From Octopus sinensis (lineage: Eukaryota): a stretch of DNA of 64,000 bases. The translations under genes were made by a program, and so were the position numbers. Below are positions 1 to 12,614 of this stretch, piece after piece; within the stretch, counting starts at the first letter, position 1; each line of letters starts with the position of its first letter. The notes beneath the pieces were generated by a model. It saw nothing but the letters and a program-made list of their open reading frames with translations, had not been told where the DNA came from and made no database searches. The stretch spans positions 104,780,001 to 104,844,000 of the forward strand of contig NC_043000.1 in assembly GCF_006345805.1 (NCBI RefSeq), written 5' to 3'.

Positions 1-124
1 ATTCTGCAGTTGGGTGTTGTGCCGAAGTGCATGGTCAATTTCAATTGAGGTGTTGTCATCATTGGTGGTGAACTTGCGTGACAGCAGTGCTTCCCTTTCA
101 CGTTCTTCTTCTTCTCGGCGGTAA
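1..124 (-). CDS. GOSR2: GOSR2/membrin coding exon 2 (gene continues beyond the left edge)
   Basis: Acceptor ctcttcag ends at 125. Phase 2 completes the split Arg codon (CG|T), then reads YRREEEEREREALLSRKFTTNDDNTSIEIDHALRHNTQLQN, which matches the recalled GOSR2 motif REELLSRTFTTND. Confidence 0.93.
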
Positions 125-361
125 CTGAAGAGGGAGCAGAATAAGCATTAGAATAAACATTAAGGAAAGAGCTAGTTAAAGAGTTATAACTAAATGAAAT
201 AATTAACTTATACTAATTAATCTAAACTACTTCTGTGTTGTGTAATCACATATTTTATACATATGTCTGTGAACACTACATATTGATTGGTTTGAGTTTC
301 AACTACCAATGTGAAAGGAAGTGGAAAAAAAGAGATGAGCTTTCAGCCAACAGATACTTAC

Positions 362-633
362 CGTTTGTGTTGTAAATGCCTCATGGCTGTCTGCAGATGC
401 TGACAATCATATTTCAACTGGTCAACTTTCATCTTGGCTACAGCTCGACGGCTGACTGGTTCCTTGTTGACAAATAAGTCAAGTCGTTCACAATGACTAG
501 TAATCATATCAATGTGGGCTTGAATATCATTCTCAATGATGTGCACATTTTGGTCAGTAGCACGTTCCAGAGCACTGAGATTTTGCCACACCTCTTGGAC
601 TAGTTTGTTTGTTTGGTGATATAGATTATCCAT
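362..633 (-). CDS. GOSR2: GOSR2/membrin first coding exon (exon spans about 362-726 including 5' UTR)
   Basis: MDNLYHQTNKLVQEV...CERLDLFVNKEPVSRRAVAKMKVDQLKYDCQHLQTAMRHLQHKR is the N-terminal helical bundle of membrin. Donor CG|gtaagt at 361; upstream acceptor ttatttttcag at 727. Confidence 0.95.
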
Positions 634-3600
634 ACTGGCAAATATTCTTGTTCAACTTTTTTCATATACACACAAGCACCTCTAATGAGGTACCCTAGAC
701 TCAAAAACTTATGGAATGGTAGCAATCTGAAAAATAACAAAATACTTTAATAAGCAAAATGAATACACACACAAACATACTGAGCTAAACACAACATTAT
801 GAATCAATAACATTGGTAATATATCCTTGGTTGTCCTAACCCCTAAATAACACTAGTGTTACTACTATTTGGCTCCTAAATCCTTACAGCAAGAAGACAC
901 AACAAGCATTTAGTAGACAACTGGCACATATTACAGAATAGTATGCAGCATCACATTAATAATGATAATAATGGTTTCTAATTTTGATACCACTGATCCC
1001 AGCACTTGACTGATAATTTATTTTATCAACTTCAGAAGGACAAAAAGTAAATTTGAATTTGCAGAGATTTGAAATCAGAATGTAAAAAACTAGAGCATAG
1101 TATTTTCTCTAATGATTCAGTCAATCTATGGTGATTATAATAATAATAAGAAAAATTTCTTACATTCAAACAAGACTACAGATTTGCAAGAAAATGAAAT
1201 GAATAGACTCCAGTATATGCTGATATTTTATCAGCTTCATTGGGCTAAGAGACTAAGTCCATTCATTCAAGTGGAATTTAAATGCCAGTTTCAGTCATAA
1301 GAACATAAACAACAAAAGCAAAATACCTTTTCTAAGTATTCAGTAAATTCAGTTGTTGCAAGGAGAGTAGAATCTAACATTTCAAGTCTTGTCCTTTGCC
1401 TAAGAGTGAGAAACAGAAAAATATGGCCATCTTAGGTTAGCAGCAATTTACTGGTTGGCAATCCAACTGATGTTACTACTTTTCTCTATTTTTCATTCTC
1501 TAATTGAGAGCAAAGTCTGAAATGACAGACTTTACTCTTCATGACAGCTTAACTTATCAAACTCTCCTATTGACTATTGTAACTGGTAAACTGTCATCAG
1601 TTTATAGTTATATAAATTCTTCAACCTGTCTCTCTCTTTTTTCAATGAATTGTTCAAATCGTTTTTGCCTTTCATTCTTCCTGGATTAAAAACAAGATTT
1701 ACATGTACTGGTTTTCATTTAATTAAGCACAAAATCTCCCAAAATGTGTGACCTAGTGGCTATGTAAGAAATCATTATTTACAGAGTTCATTTCACAGAC
1801 AAATATTTCTTAATCCTTCAAATGTTTCTATAAATTTCAGTCGACATTAAGTAGATTAATAAAAATGGAGTGGTATGTTCCTGTCATTTATGATAATGTG
1901 AAGAAAAATTTCAACCAGGACTGATTTAAGTAATCTAGGGTGGGGCTCACACTTATCAAAGAGTTTCTCTTATACAGGTTCCTTGGATTAGAGGAAAGGC
2001 AAGTTAGTACACTTCAGAAAGTTAATTGGGTACAGGAGTTGCCAAGAGAGCCAGTAGTGCTAGATTCAACAGCCTTAATGACCTACCACAACTTCATTGG
2101 TAGGTTTGCTGCCTTCTAGTTGAGTTCATCCACCCTTGTAAAAAGATATTAAGCTTTTTGTATGTTAGAAATAAATGATATTAAAATTTTTTTTTTTAGA
2201 ACAACAGAAATACTGTGTAAATTACACTTACAAGGCATAAAAATTTATGAACAACTAGCTGTCTACACAGCCTCCATATATCAAGATGAGACCCTAGAGA
2301 GGCAGAGCTAGCTTAGTTGCTGACTGCTTGATCACGAAACAATACTGGTTTCTTTGATTGCCGGTAGTAGATCATTTCTGATTTGACCTAACATAAAATT
2401 ACAGTTAATAATGCCCTTAACAATAAGCAGTTAATAAGACCAGTAGCACTGCAGACAATTTGAGAAAGCTAGTCAGTTGTTGATGCAATCTCAATAAAGA
2501 TTTGCTGGACCAGCCAATCTGCCCTGGCTGTACAAAGAGTAAGTTGTTTATGACCGTTCATCATCATCTAAATGTTCACTTTTCCATCCTTGTATGGTCA
2601 GATAGAACTTGTTGAGGTGGATTATCAATGGTCAGATGTCTTTCCTGTTGTGAACCTTCACCTGTTTCCAAGTAAGGTACTATTTTCCATGATCAGACAT
2701 CATCATGGAAAACTGAAAACAAAGGACACTGTGTGACAGTAACACTTGGTTACAACTATCATGCAATGTCAAGGCAGAGAGACAGTAACACACACAAGAC
2801 AGGCTTCTATCAGTTTCTGCCAACCAAATCCACTTACAAGGATTTGATCAGCCCAGAGTTATAATAGAAGATACTCGCCTGAGGTGTCATGCAATGGGAC
2901 TGAACATGAAACTATGTGGTTGGGAAACAAACTTCTTCTCACACAGCCATGCTTGTCTAGTGTATTTAATTGAGATTAGTTAATTTACACACACAACATT
3001 GGCTGAAATCTACAGATCTATGTAGTACTCATAGCATGTCTGTGAGAGTGTGTATAGATGGTAAACATTCACCTATTTTACCTTACATTCACAAGCAATA
3101 ACATTCTATCTTTACCTTACTTTCCCTAAACAATAGCATTAATTATGTTCATTGTCAAGAACATTATAGAACTATTAAGGAAACTTTGCAGTTGCTCAAC
3201 CAGCTAGAAATTGCAGCTAAATCTTCTTTAAAGCACTCCTTATATCTTAAAACAAGGAAGTACACATTGGACAATGTACATGTATACTTACCTAGATATA
3301 CAAAAAGTTAAGATAGTTACAACGGGAATGTGTTCAATCTTAGTTTTCTGTAATACATTGACATCTAAAATGTCTTACAGGTTAGCTTGATCAGAGCTGA
3401 CCTGAAGTTAAATAAATCATAATTTTAATTCAGTTTTTAGGGATGGGTATTTCAAACATTAAGAGCAACCTAGTAGATTTTACTCTTCAACCATCATGAT
3501 GATCATTATTATAATCAAGGACTGTCACATGAACAGTTACTATTTTGAAACAAAAACAAACTGCTAAGTGCCAATTATTTCAACTGGTAATTTAAGGTAA

Positions 3601-5589
3601 CATTGCCAAAAAAACAAAGTGTTTAACCCTTTAGCATTTAAACTAGTTATATCTGGTCCAAATATTGTACCAGATACAGCCTTTCACACATACTCAACAA
3701 TGTCATTCTAAAAAATAAACAAAAACCTCATAGAAATCTCAAATGCTTGATTAATTCAAAACCACATGAATAAGGAAGCATTACATTTGTCAGAGTAATC
3801 TGAATACTAAAGGGCTAATAAACATAGGAGTCTCACTGTGGTTATTTGACCTACTAGAAATAGCAGTTAAATTTCCTTACAAATCTAACCTCACAATCAT
3901 AAGGTATTAAAAGCTAAACAACAAAAATATGTTGAGTTAACATAGGGGTTAGTATGCAGTCTCTTGGCTTGCTAGAAATAGCAGCAAAATATCTCTCCAA
4001 TCACACCTTAGAGATTTTAAAATGGAAGGAGATATTAGATTATTTAGACATTGTTTGAAAGAAAAAGAGATGATCATCACTGAAACACCTCTGAGCATAT
4101 ATATATATACTGAATTAGGGCTGACCTAGAGTTAAACAACAGTGAAAATATGAAAACAAAACAAACTGGATATAATCACATCGTTTAAATCTGATAAAAT
4201 ATTCAGTGAACTTCAGCTACAACACCATCATTGTTATGAATATAAATACAACTGTGTACATGTTGAACTTGTCTAGACCTGTTTTGAGCAGAATTATGAT
4301 CAAAAACATTCCAGATGAAAAAAAAAAAAAACCTGCCTTTTTAGGGATATGTCTAAAACTACAAAATGATTACCCAACGTGTTTCTTTCCTCATTTAAGA
4401 TGGTAAGTGGGGTGCAATTTGAGGGATATTTGGCTGCTATTTCTAGCTGGTTGAGCATGGTGGTGGTGGTGGGGTTTTATCACTGGCTCGTATGTAGGCC
4501 TTGTGGATAATAATCAGAGAATTTTTTCATTGCAAAAAAAATCCCTACATTGCATATTTCAGTGTGTCACTCGTGTCCTTACATCCAATGACATAAAATT
4601 AGACATCTAGGTAGGAATAAGACAATTTGCTGAGTGAGATGGAACAAAAGACATGAATTGGTTAGTTATTTGAATCTCATTAACTTTCAGGTGGCAACAA
4701 TACAGAAAACATGTTTGGTTAGCCTTTATCTTCAATTGCAAATGAAGGATTTTGCATAATCAATTACCCACATTTGCTGATATACATCATTAACATTAGT
4801 TTTTCATACTGGCATAGGTTGGATAGTTTGACTGCATCTGATGTGCCAGAAGACTACGTTGAGCAACAGTGTCTGTTTCGGCATGGTTTCTATGGCTGGA
4901 TATGCTTCCTAACACTATCCACTTAACAGAGTGTACCGAGTGCTTTATTTTGTAGCACCAACACTAGTGAGGTTGCCAAGTAACTTGCAAGGCAAGACCA
5001 CCTTTGACTGAGTTGGGGTGTAATATTGATGAAGTGAAGTGTGAGGAAGTAAGAGAGTGATACACAGTGAGAGACAGTGATCAGACGTATGTAGGGGTAG
5101 AAATAATAATTTACAAATATGGAGTGGGGGTACTAATGGCAGATATGAGAGAATGTTTTTGGAAAGTGGTATTCAGTGGAAAATAAAGTGTAGTAAGGGA
5201 TGGTATTGAGAATGTGGGATGGATGACAAATGGAGGTGTTTCCAAGGAGAGGGATAACTGGTAGTAGAAAAGCAGGGATAAAATATCTATAGTTCCACTC
5301 TAATGTAATTACAGCAGCTGAGTGAGCAATAGAAGGATGGGTGTTAGAAAAATGAATTCTGGGGAAGGCTTGACAGGGACTGAATGGGTGCTGGGGCATA
5401 GACATAATATGCTTTGAGGACCTTGTTTTTTCCTGAGATGGACAGGTCTTCTCAAGCACACCAAATAACCAATTGTCATAGCCCTTTGTTATCTTTATTG
5501 TGGGCTCAACATCCTGAGGTTGGTCTTTGCAACTAAGTCCCACATCTTTGGGTTTTTTTCTTCCAAAGCTTCCATCCAAATTTAGTGAT

Positions 5590-6640
5590 TACTAGTCCTT
5601 TATGCAGCTGTCTTCATCCATATGCATCACATGACCATACCAGCACAATTTTCTCCCTTCTATATTCAATACATTTGCAGTGACACTTTACATCCAGTGG
5701 AGCATGCTAGCTTTATTTCTTCCTACTTGTCACAAGTCCTCTGCAATTCATGATCCACATTTCACAACCATATAGCATTGTTGTTCATATAAAAGATCAT
5801 AGAATCTGCCTTTCACTCTGAAGAGAGGCCTTTTGTTATCAACAGAAGTATTAGTTTTGCGAATTTTCTTCAACCAGTTCTTATTCTAGCAACTATAGTT
5901 TCAGAACATCATCTTCCATTGCTAATTAGGTTATCCAGGTAACAGAAACTATCTACTACTACTAAAGATTCTCCAGGGCATTCAAGAAAATCTACTCACC
6001 TTGTATTCTAAGTGTTTATTACTCATGCACATCGACCACAAAGTCAACTTTTTCTGTTAGTCTTTCTGTGTTTCCACTGCACCTCTTATGTATCCATAAT
6101 TTGCACCAGGTACACCATATGAAATTCTTGCATATATCTTTCCTACATAGCAAGCATGGCCTTTTACCTGAAAGATGTAGAGTCCAGTCTGTTTTCCTGT
6201 TTACTAGAACTTTTGGTCCTTGCTAATTTAACTTTAAGGCCTCTTGACTCCGAGTTTTGCTTCCACACCTAAAATTTATTTTCTAATCCTATTACAAGAA
6301 ATTCAACTATAGGAACAAAGTCATCGAAACACAGGAGTTTCCATAATCATATGGGTGTCAAGGTCTTAGCATGCTCTGCTAGATTTTAAACATCTCAGCA
6401 ATAATTCCTAATGGACCAGGGGCTTTCTTTGTCATCAAATCCTTAATTGCTTTATCTATTACAGTGCTAACATTTAGAATAGCTGATTTCTCAGTTGGGT
6501 TCACATTAAGAAGACTCTCTTTCTCCTGAGCATACATATATACACAATTCTCATGTCAGCAGAATACCTGGTCATTCTATCTGCTAGAAATAGTAGCCAG
6601 ATCTTTTTATCACATCCTACTGTCTTAAAACACACACTTG
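5590..6640 (-). mobile_element. Degenerate RTE-clade LINE fragment in the GOSR2 5' UTR intron
   Basis: Minus strand resembles the RTE copy at 9350-10596 (shared catgaccataccagcaca and ttcttattctagcaact segments) and encodes a remnant VIDKAIKDLMTKKAP upstream of the RT. Many stops. Boundaries approximate. Confidence 0.65.
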
Positions 6641-7399
6641 ATAGTCTACAATACTTCTTCAAACAGATCTGTCTTTGATGCATGAATATTAATTAAATGG
6701 CAATAGGAAATTATAACTGTCCCTTTGCTGTATACACCAATTTATCTACTTAAATATGGTTCCTTATATAATTGTCATTTATTACTACATGTAGTGAATT
6801 GACAAAATCATTAATATGCTGGACAAAATGCATGTTCAGCATTTTTTCTGGCTTTTTGCCTTCCATGTTTGTATTCAGCTGAGGTCAACTTTGTCTTTCA
6901 ACTCTCCAGGGTCAAGAAAATAAGTACTAGACAAGTACTAAGGTCGATATAATTGACTAACCCCCACCCTCCTGCTTAAAATTTCTGACTTTGTGGTTCG
7001 ATCAATAGCAACTATTTGCTTACTTTTGTTTAATTCTCGGATTTTTGAAATGTTATTGTTTCAAAATCTTGAGTTTATTTTGTAGAAATTTTATTAAATA
7101 TTATAGTTGTCACAAACTTTCAATCGTGCTTCCAACTTCACAAATTCTCAGATCATTGAAAGTTTTTTTTTTTTTACAAATGTCATTTATATATTTACAA
7201 TTAGAAACTCATGGAAAAGAGAAGGCTGCCACATAAGCTTTGGGAGACCCTCCAATAGCAGTGAGACTGGTGCAGAAAAGGAATTACGGAAGACTGGCGT
7301 TCAAGGGCAGAAGAATAGGATGTAGTGGTTAGTATGGAACTTGCGTGTGTTGGGGTTAAATAACACGGATGATGAAATATTGCTGTTTGAAATAAAAAC

Positions 7400-8200
7400 A
7401 AACAGACGTCCATATAAATATTAGTGTTTGAAATACAAGACTACTACATGGTAATAAATGTAAAACATATGAGCGGTAAGACGCACAATATGCTTGCTTA
7501 ACTACACACAGATTTAACAGAAAATCTAATTTTACTTTTCACCTTTTTCTCCCACGAAGGACCGGTAAAAGAAATTAGAGATGTGGCGGAGTCGGTATGT
7601 AGGGAGGAAGGGAGTAGAGGCAACAAATATCTACCGAAAATTACATAACGGGTTTGACGTATCATTTTATCTAATATTAACAACGAACGGCCTAAAACAA
7701 GACTGCCGAACTACGTAACATGACGAGGGCACTGGATGAAATATTGGAGACGAGACGGAAGTTATTTCATAAGTATTTCAAACTAAAAGTATGTCGGTTA
7801 AACACGGTAACGACGCCAGTTAATGACAACTATATGAAAAAAAAAAAACCCCGCAGAAAGTTGGGTGAAGTATTTTATACGTAGATGTTTCAATCATTCG
7901 TCGTCTTTATATTTTATCAATGAAGCTATATTGTTATTGAGATAAAACGTGTAACAGGATGTTTCACTTCGGATGAACATAAAAAAAATAAATGAAAATG
8001 TTTTCTTACCGATTAAAGCTGGAACTGAATTAACTTTCCGTTCCCCTTTAATTTACTGAGAAAATGTTTACCCCAAGAGAAAAAAAAATCTCAAAGAAAA
8101 AACTTTGGTCGTCATCTTAATTCCATTTTAAAGTTGTCAAATCGCGACGTGTCCTAGTAGCAACATCCGGTTTAGGAAACAGAACAGGAATCATACTTTC
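7400..8200. promoter_or_regulatory. CpG-retaining promoter / first-intron region of GOSR2
   Basis: Visibly more CpG than the flanking CpG-depleted intron. ETS-like motifs CGGAAGT (about 7757) and CCGGATGT (8163-8170, minus). Confidence 0.5.
8010..8170 (-). other. GOSR2: Putative non-coding first exon of GOSR2
   Basis: Minus-strand donor AATCG|gtaaga at 8009, lying in a locally CpG-retaining region, with an ETS-like CCGGATGTTG at 8161-8170. Would splice to the acceptor at 727. The 5' boundary is approximate. Confidence 0.5.
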
Positions 8201-9349
8201 GTATTCCAACAAATACATGCCTAATATTTTAAATATTTTAGTTGATGTGACATCATCATAATAGTAATAATAATAATAATAATAAATATTGATGGCTATT
8301 TTAAGAAAATTATTTAGATTTATGCTAACATTAAAAAAGCAGTAACTTCGTTCTTTTATAAACTTCTTTTGGAATTAAAACTTTAATCAGCATTTCTTTT
8401 CTCTTCCTTAAAAACGTGTCAGTCATTCAGTTAGGGGAGAAGGTGGGTTTGAAAACAATAAATTAGATGTAATATGATATTATTATTATTTAAAGAATAA
8501 CAGTTTAATTTGACTTTTATTTCTCCAATGAAGCCATTAAAAAAGATAATATTGAATTATCTCCCTTATGATTTCAAGCGTTAGCCTCTTCGTTTCTCAA
8601 AAAATAAAAAAAAGTTCGAAATATAGGAAAAACAGCTACATGATAATTTAAACATAAGGTTTAATTCAAGTTCATTCTTTTAAGGAAAGCATTAAAAGAG
8701 TTATCGGTACTTCTTCGGAATCCCCCCTTATAACTTTTGAACCAGTAATTTCATTTTTTAAATATTTTCAGATTCATATGTTTTCGAAATCGAAGATTAC
8801 GATTTAGCAGAAAAAAAAAAAAAAATTTAATTACTCCCACCCCTTCCACCTACTCAATTTATTTGATTTGCAGTTGACAAAACGTGCTGTCACGCACAAA
8901 ATGACAACTTCTAAATCCTGTTGCCTGATTGGGTGAAAATAATCAAACTTTAAACCTCTATAACTTTTTAAAAACATTTTTCTGGAAAAACTGAGACAAC
9001 TGCGCATATGTCACGGAGGAAATTCTTCCAATTACAAATAGTCTCACTATCCCATCCCAGCTCTCCGTATTGTGGTTAGAGTTATGATTAAGCTTAAAGT
9101 AGCACCAAACCGAATTCTAATTGAAAACGTTCAAGCTTTAGACAATGCCAAACAAACTAATCTTAGCTTTTAAGCCAAGTCTAATGCCAAACCAAACTCT
9201 AATCCTAACTGTTAATTTAACCCATAGCTATGATGATAATAATCTCAATACTAACCCCTAACTAAACCGAAATATAACACTAACGGCTAACATTAATCCT
9301 AACCCTAACTTTCAGCATAACTCTAACTGCAAACATAATGAACAGCAAA

Positions 9350-10594
9350 TTAGCCAGTTAGCCGCTCTGTCAACGATCACACTTGGATGGTGCTCTTAGC
9401 ATCCCACTAGCACGGATGCCAGTCATCGAATTTGATTTTGATTTCACTTGCCTCAGCAGGTCTTCGCAAGCAGAGTTTAGTGTTCAATGAAGGAAAGGTA
9501 TGCATAAGTGGGCTGGTTACGCCCCTGGCATAGGCCACGAAGTTATGGTCTCATTTGGCTTGCTGGGTCTTGTCAAGCACAGCATATTTCCAAAAGTCTC
9601 GGTCACTAGTCATTGCCTCGAAGGTCGTGCTTCACCACTTCATCCCAGGTCTTCCAGGGTCTACCTTTTTCACAGGTTCCCTCAACCGCTAGGGTGTGGC
9701 ACTTTTTCACACAGCTATCCTCATCCATTCTCGCCTCATGACCATACCAGCACAGCCGTCTCTCTTGCACACCACATCTGATGCTTCTTTGGTCCAACTT
9801 TTCTCTCAAGGTACTTACACTCTGTAGAGTATGCACACTAACATTACACATCCATCGAATCATACTGGCTTCATTCCTTGCAAGCTTACGCATGTCCTCA
9901 GCAGTCACGGGTTTCACTGCCATGTAGCATGGCTGTTCATACACATGCATCATACAGTCTACCTTTTACTCTGAGCAAGAGGCCCTTTGTCACCAGCAGA
10001 GATAAGAGCTCTCTGAACTTTGCCCAGGTCATTCTTATTCTAGCAGCTACACTTTCAGCGCACCCTCCCCAGCTACTGACTAGGTCACCTAGGTAATGGA
10101 AGTTGTCTACTACTTCTAGTTCTTCTCCCTGGAATGTGGCGGAAGTTGTTCTCTGCACATTTTCAGTGTTTATTGCTCCTGAGCATCTGCCACATAGAAA
10201 AACCATCTTCCCAGTTAGCCTTCTTTTGAAAGCTATGTGTCCATAGCTTACACTGGGTACATCTTATAGAGTTTCTACATATGCCTCTACTACAGATTGA
10301 GCAGGGCCATCTACCTGAAGAGATTTGTGGTTTGCCTGCCTTCCTACTTATTAGGACTTTGGATTTAGCTAGGTTGACTCTAAGCCCTTTGATTCTAATC
10401 CTTGTTTCCACACCTGAAACTTCTCCTCGAGTTCTGATAGTGACTCATCAATTAGAGCAAGGTCGTCAGCATAGGGGAGCTCCCAGGGGCATCCTGTCTT
10501 GAATTCCTCTGTTATTGCCTGGAGGACTATGATAAATAGGAGGGTGCTAAGGACTGAACCTTGGTGGACCCCTACCTCCACCCGGAATTTTTCA

Positions 10595-10596
<2 letters not shown>
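9350..10596 (-). mobile_element. 5'-truncated RTE-clade LINE (RT C-half plus part of the 3' UTR), frameshifted
   Basis: ORF pieces EVGVHQGSVLSTLLFIIVL..YADDLALI, LRVNLAKSKVL, CTQCKLWTH, LEVVDNFHYLGD, RLCWYGH..R, GRPWKTW. The 5' end stops at a (CA)n(TA)n tract at 10597. Confidence 0.9.
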
Positions 10597-10665
<69 letters not shown>

Positions 10666-10668
<3 letters not shown>

Positions 10669-11213
10669 GGGGCTAATGCAGAATCGCACCTCTCCTTGAA
10701 AAATGCATCTTTTTGAAAAAAGTTTTTCCGATTCCTACGTTCTAGATGTCAGAGATTACGAATATACAAGAAGAATATTCTTTTTAATTTCACCCACCCC
10801 ACTCTTCCCTCAAGTCCTCTCCCCCAATTAAAAATTTTTCGAAATTTTTTTTTCTCTATGTTTTAGATGACGAAGATTCCGAATATGTAAAAGTTCAAAA
10901 TTTGAAATTGGAGTGGGTGGGGTGGAGAGTTGAGCCCCTTATTAGACTTTATAATATTAACTATTAAAAATCAATTTGTTTCTTATAAAATGGTAAAACG
11001 CAAATTCTTTTCACTTTAATGTTTTAGTCTATATTTAATTTCGATTTGCACATGTTCGTCAATCCACTACAATCTCTTTAAATTGGGTGTGGGGGGAGTG
11101 AAATAAAAAAAATTACATATTTGTAATCTCTGACATCTAAAACGTAGGAATCCGAAAAAATTTTCCCCAAAAGACGCATTTTTCAAGAAGTGCAATTCTG
11201 CATTAGCCCCATA
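10666..11213. mobile_element. MITE with ~100-bp terminal inverted repeats, inserted in a (TA)n tract (Tc1/mariner-like, TA target)
   Basis: ATGGGGCTAATGCAGAAT at 10667 and ATTCTGCATTAGCCCCAT ending at 11212. Inverted match continues through gattcctacg..agatgtcagagattac versus gtaatctctgacatct..cgtaggaatc. No ORF. Confidence 0.8.
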
Positions 11214-11303
11214 TATATATTAATATGTAAAGGTAAGATCCAAGGATCAAGGTGTAGGAAATTAGTAAACTTCGAGCAATCCGAAGAAGGTATAAAAAAC
11301 AAC

Positions 11304-12086
11304 CGATCTTTTCCTTTTGAACGGCAGATGTCAACACAATTTCTAGTTAACCAAACACTTTTAAACTTCGTATACTGGTAGAATGTGTTTATAAAACATC
11401 ATTTTTTCTTGGCTTTATTGGGAAAATTCTATAGTTTGTAAGATATTTCCACTTTAAAATCAAGCATTTTGGCAATTTTAACCAATCGCTCACCTCCATT
11501 TGGGGTGAAAAGATTCCGTGCTGTATGAATATGTTCCTCGTTTAAGAAACAGATTGGGTTTATTTACATTTGCAAAGAAAAAAGATACCCTTGCCCCACC
11601 CCTAACCCTAAAATAGATTGAAATGCAATAGATCGATACTAGGGTTATAATTATGGGTGACAATTTCATACGACACCGCTACGGAAAATGGGATTTTTTC
11701 TAACGGTGTCAAATGAAAATGTCACCCATAATTAAAACCCTAGTATCGATCTATTGCATTTCAATCTATTTTAGGGTTAGGGTTAGGGGTGGGGGAAGGG
11801 TGTCTTTTTTTCTTCGCAAATGTAAATAAACCCAATCTGTTTTTTTAAACGAGGGACATGTTCATACAGCACGGAATTTTTTCACCCCAAATGGAGGTGA
11901 GCGATTGGTTAAAATTGTCGAAAAGCTCGAAATTTCAGACGAAATATCTTACAAACTATAGAATTTTCTCAATAAAGCCAAGAAAAAATGATGTTTTATA
12001 AACACATTCTGCCAGTATACGAAGTTTAAAAGTGTTTAGTTAACTAGAAATTGCGTTGACATCTGCCGTTCAAAAGGAAAAGATCC
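11304..12086. mobile_element. Fold-back element: two ~380-bp inverted arms, ~19-nt spacer, 8-bp TSD
   Basis: Arms run 11305-11681 and 11701-12085 (gatcttttccttttgaacggcagatgtcaac / gttgacatctgccgttcaaaaggaaaagatc). AAAACAAC is duplicated at 11296-11303 and 12087-12094. Confidence 0.85.
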
Positions 12087-12590
12087 AAAACAACTTTCAG
12101 GAACAATAGTGGTTTATTGACGTAGAAGGCTGTAAAGTTTTTTCCATATGGAAGTTCGATAAGATGAAAAAAGTTATTTTACAGTTCACGGTTAGCAACT
12201 GGGGTTGCTGTGTTTGTGGATAAAAATCCAAATTTAAAGAATGGGATAGATAAAAATCTAGGTTATATTTGATTCATAGTTAGCAGAACCCCGGAAATAG
12301 AAAATTACCGAAATGAGGGGTAAACCGCAAGCTACTCGTCAGGTCAATGATACCTTACTAAAAAAAGAAAATATGGAAGGCGGACGTTAAACGATGATGA
12401 TGATGATATATCTGCGACGTAGAGATTAAAAAATTTTCCAAGATATAAAACTTTTTGTAATATATATGTGTGTGTAGGAGATAAAACTTTGCAGCTGTTT
12501 TGAAAGCTATCTGTAATGGGATAGTATATTTAAGATTTGACCAATAGAAAGCGACTTTTCATAACTATACAGGTTTTCGTACTTGATAAA

Positions 12591-12614
12591 ATGGCTGCGT
12601 TGTTTAGTCGAAAG
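12591..12614 (+). CDS. ECHDC3: ECHDC3 coding exon 1 (MAALFSRK)
   Basis: aaaATGGCTGCG start, donor AAG|gtattt, phase 0 fits exon 2. Together with exon 2 gives an Arg-rich N-terminus without acidic residues, typical of a mitochondrial transit peptide. Lies in a CpG-retaining region with CCAAT at 12541. Confidence 0.75.

Noticed and set aside
5133-5579. 148-aa minus-strand ORF in the GOSR2 intron
   Set aside because: Low-complexity C-terminal half, no recognisable domain and no supporting splice context.
11590-11800. TTAGGG repeats as evidence of a chromosome end or fusion
   Set aside because: Only 2-3 units, placed symmetrically inside a transposon arm.
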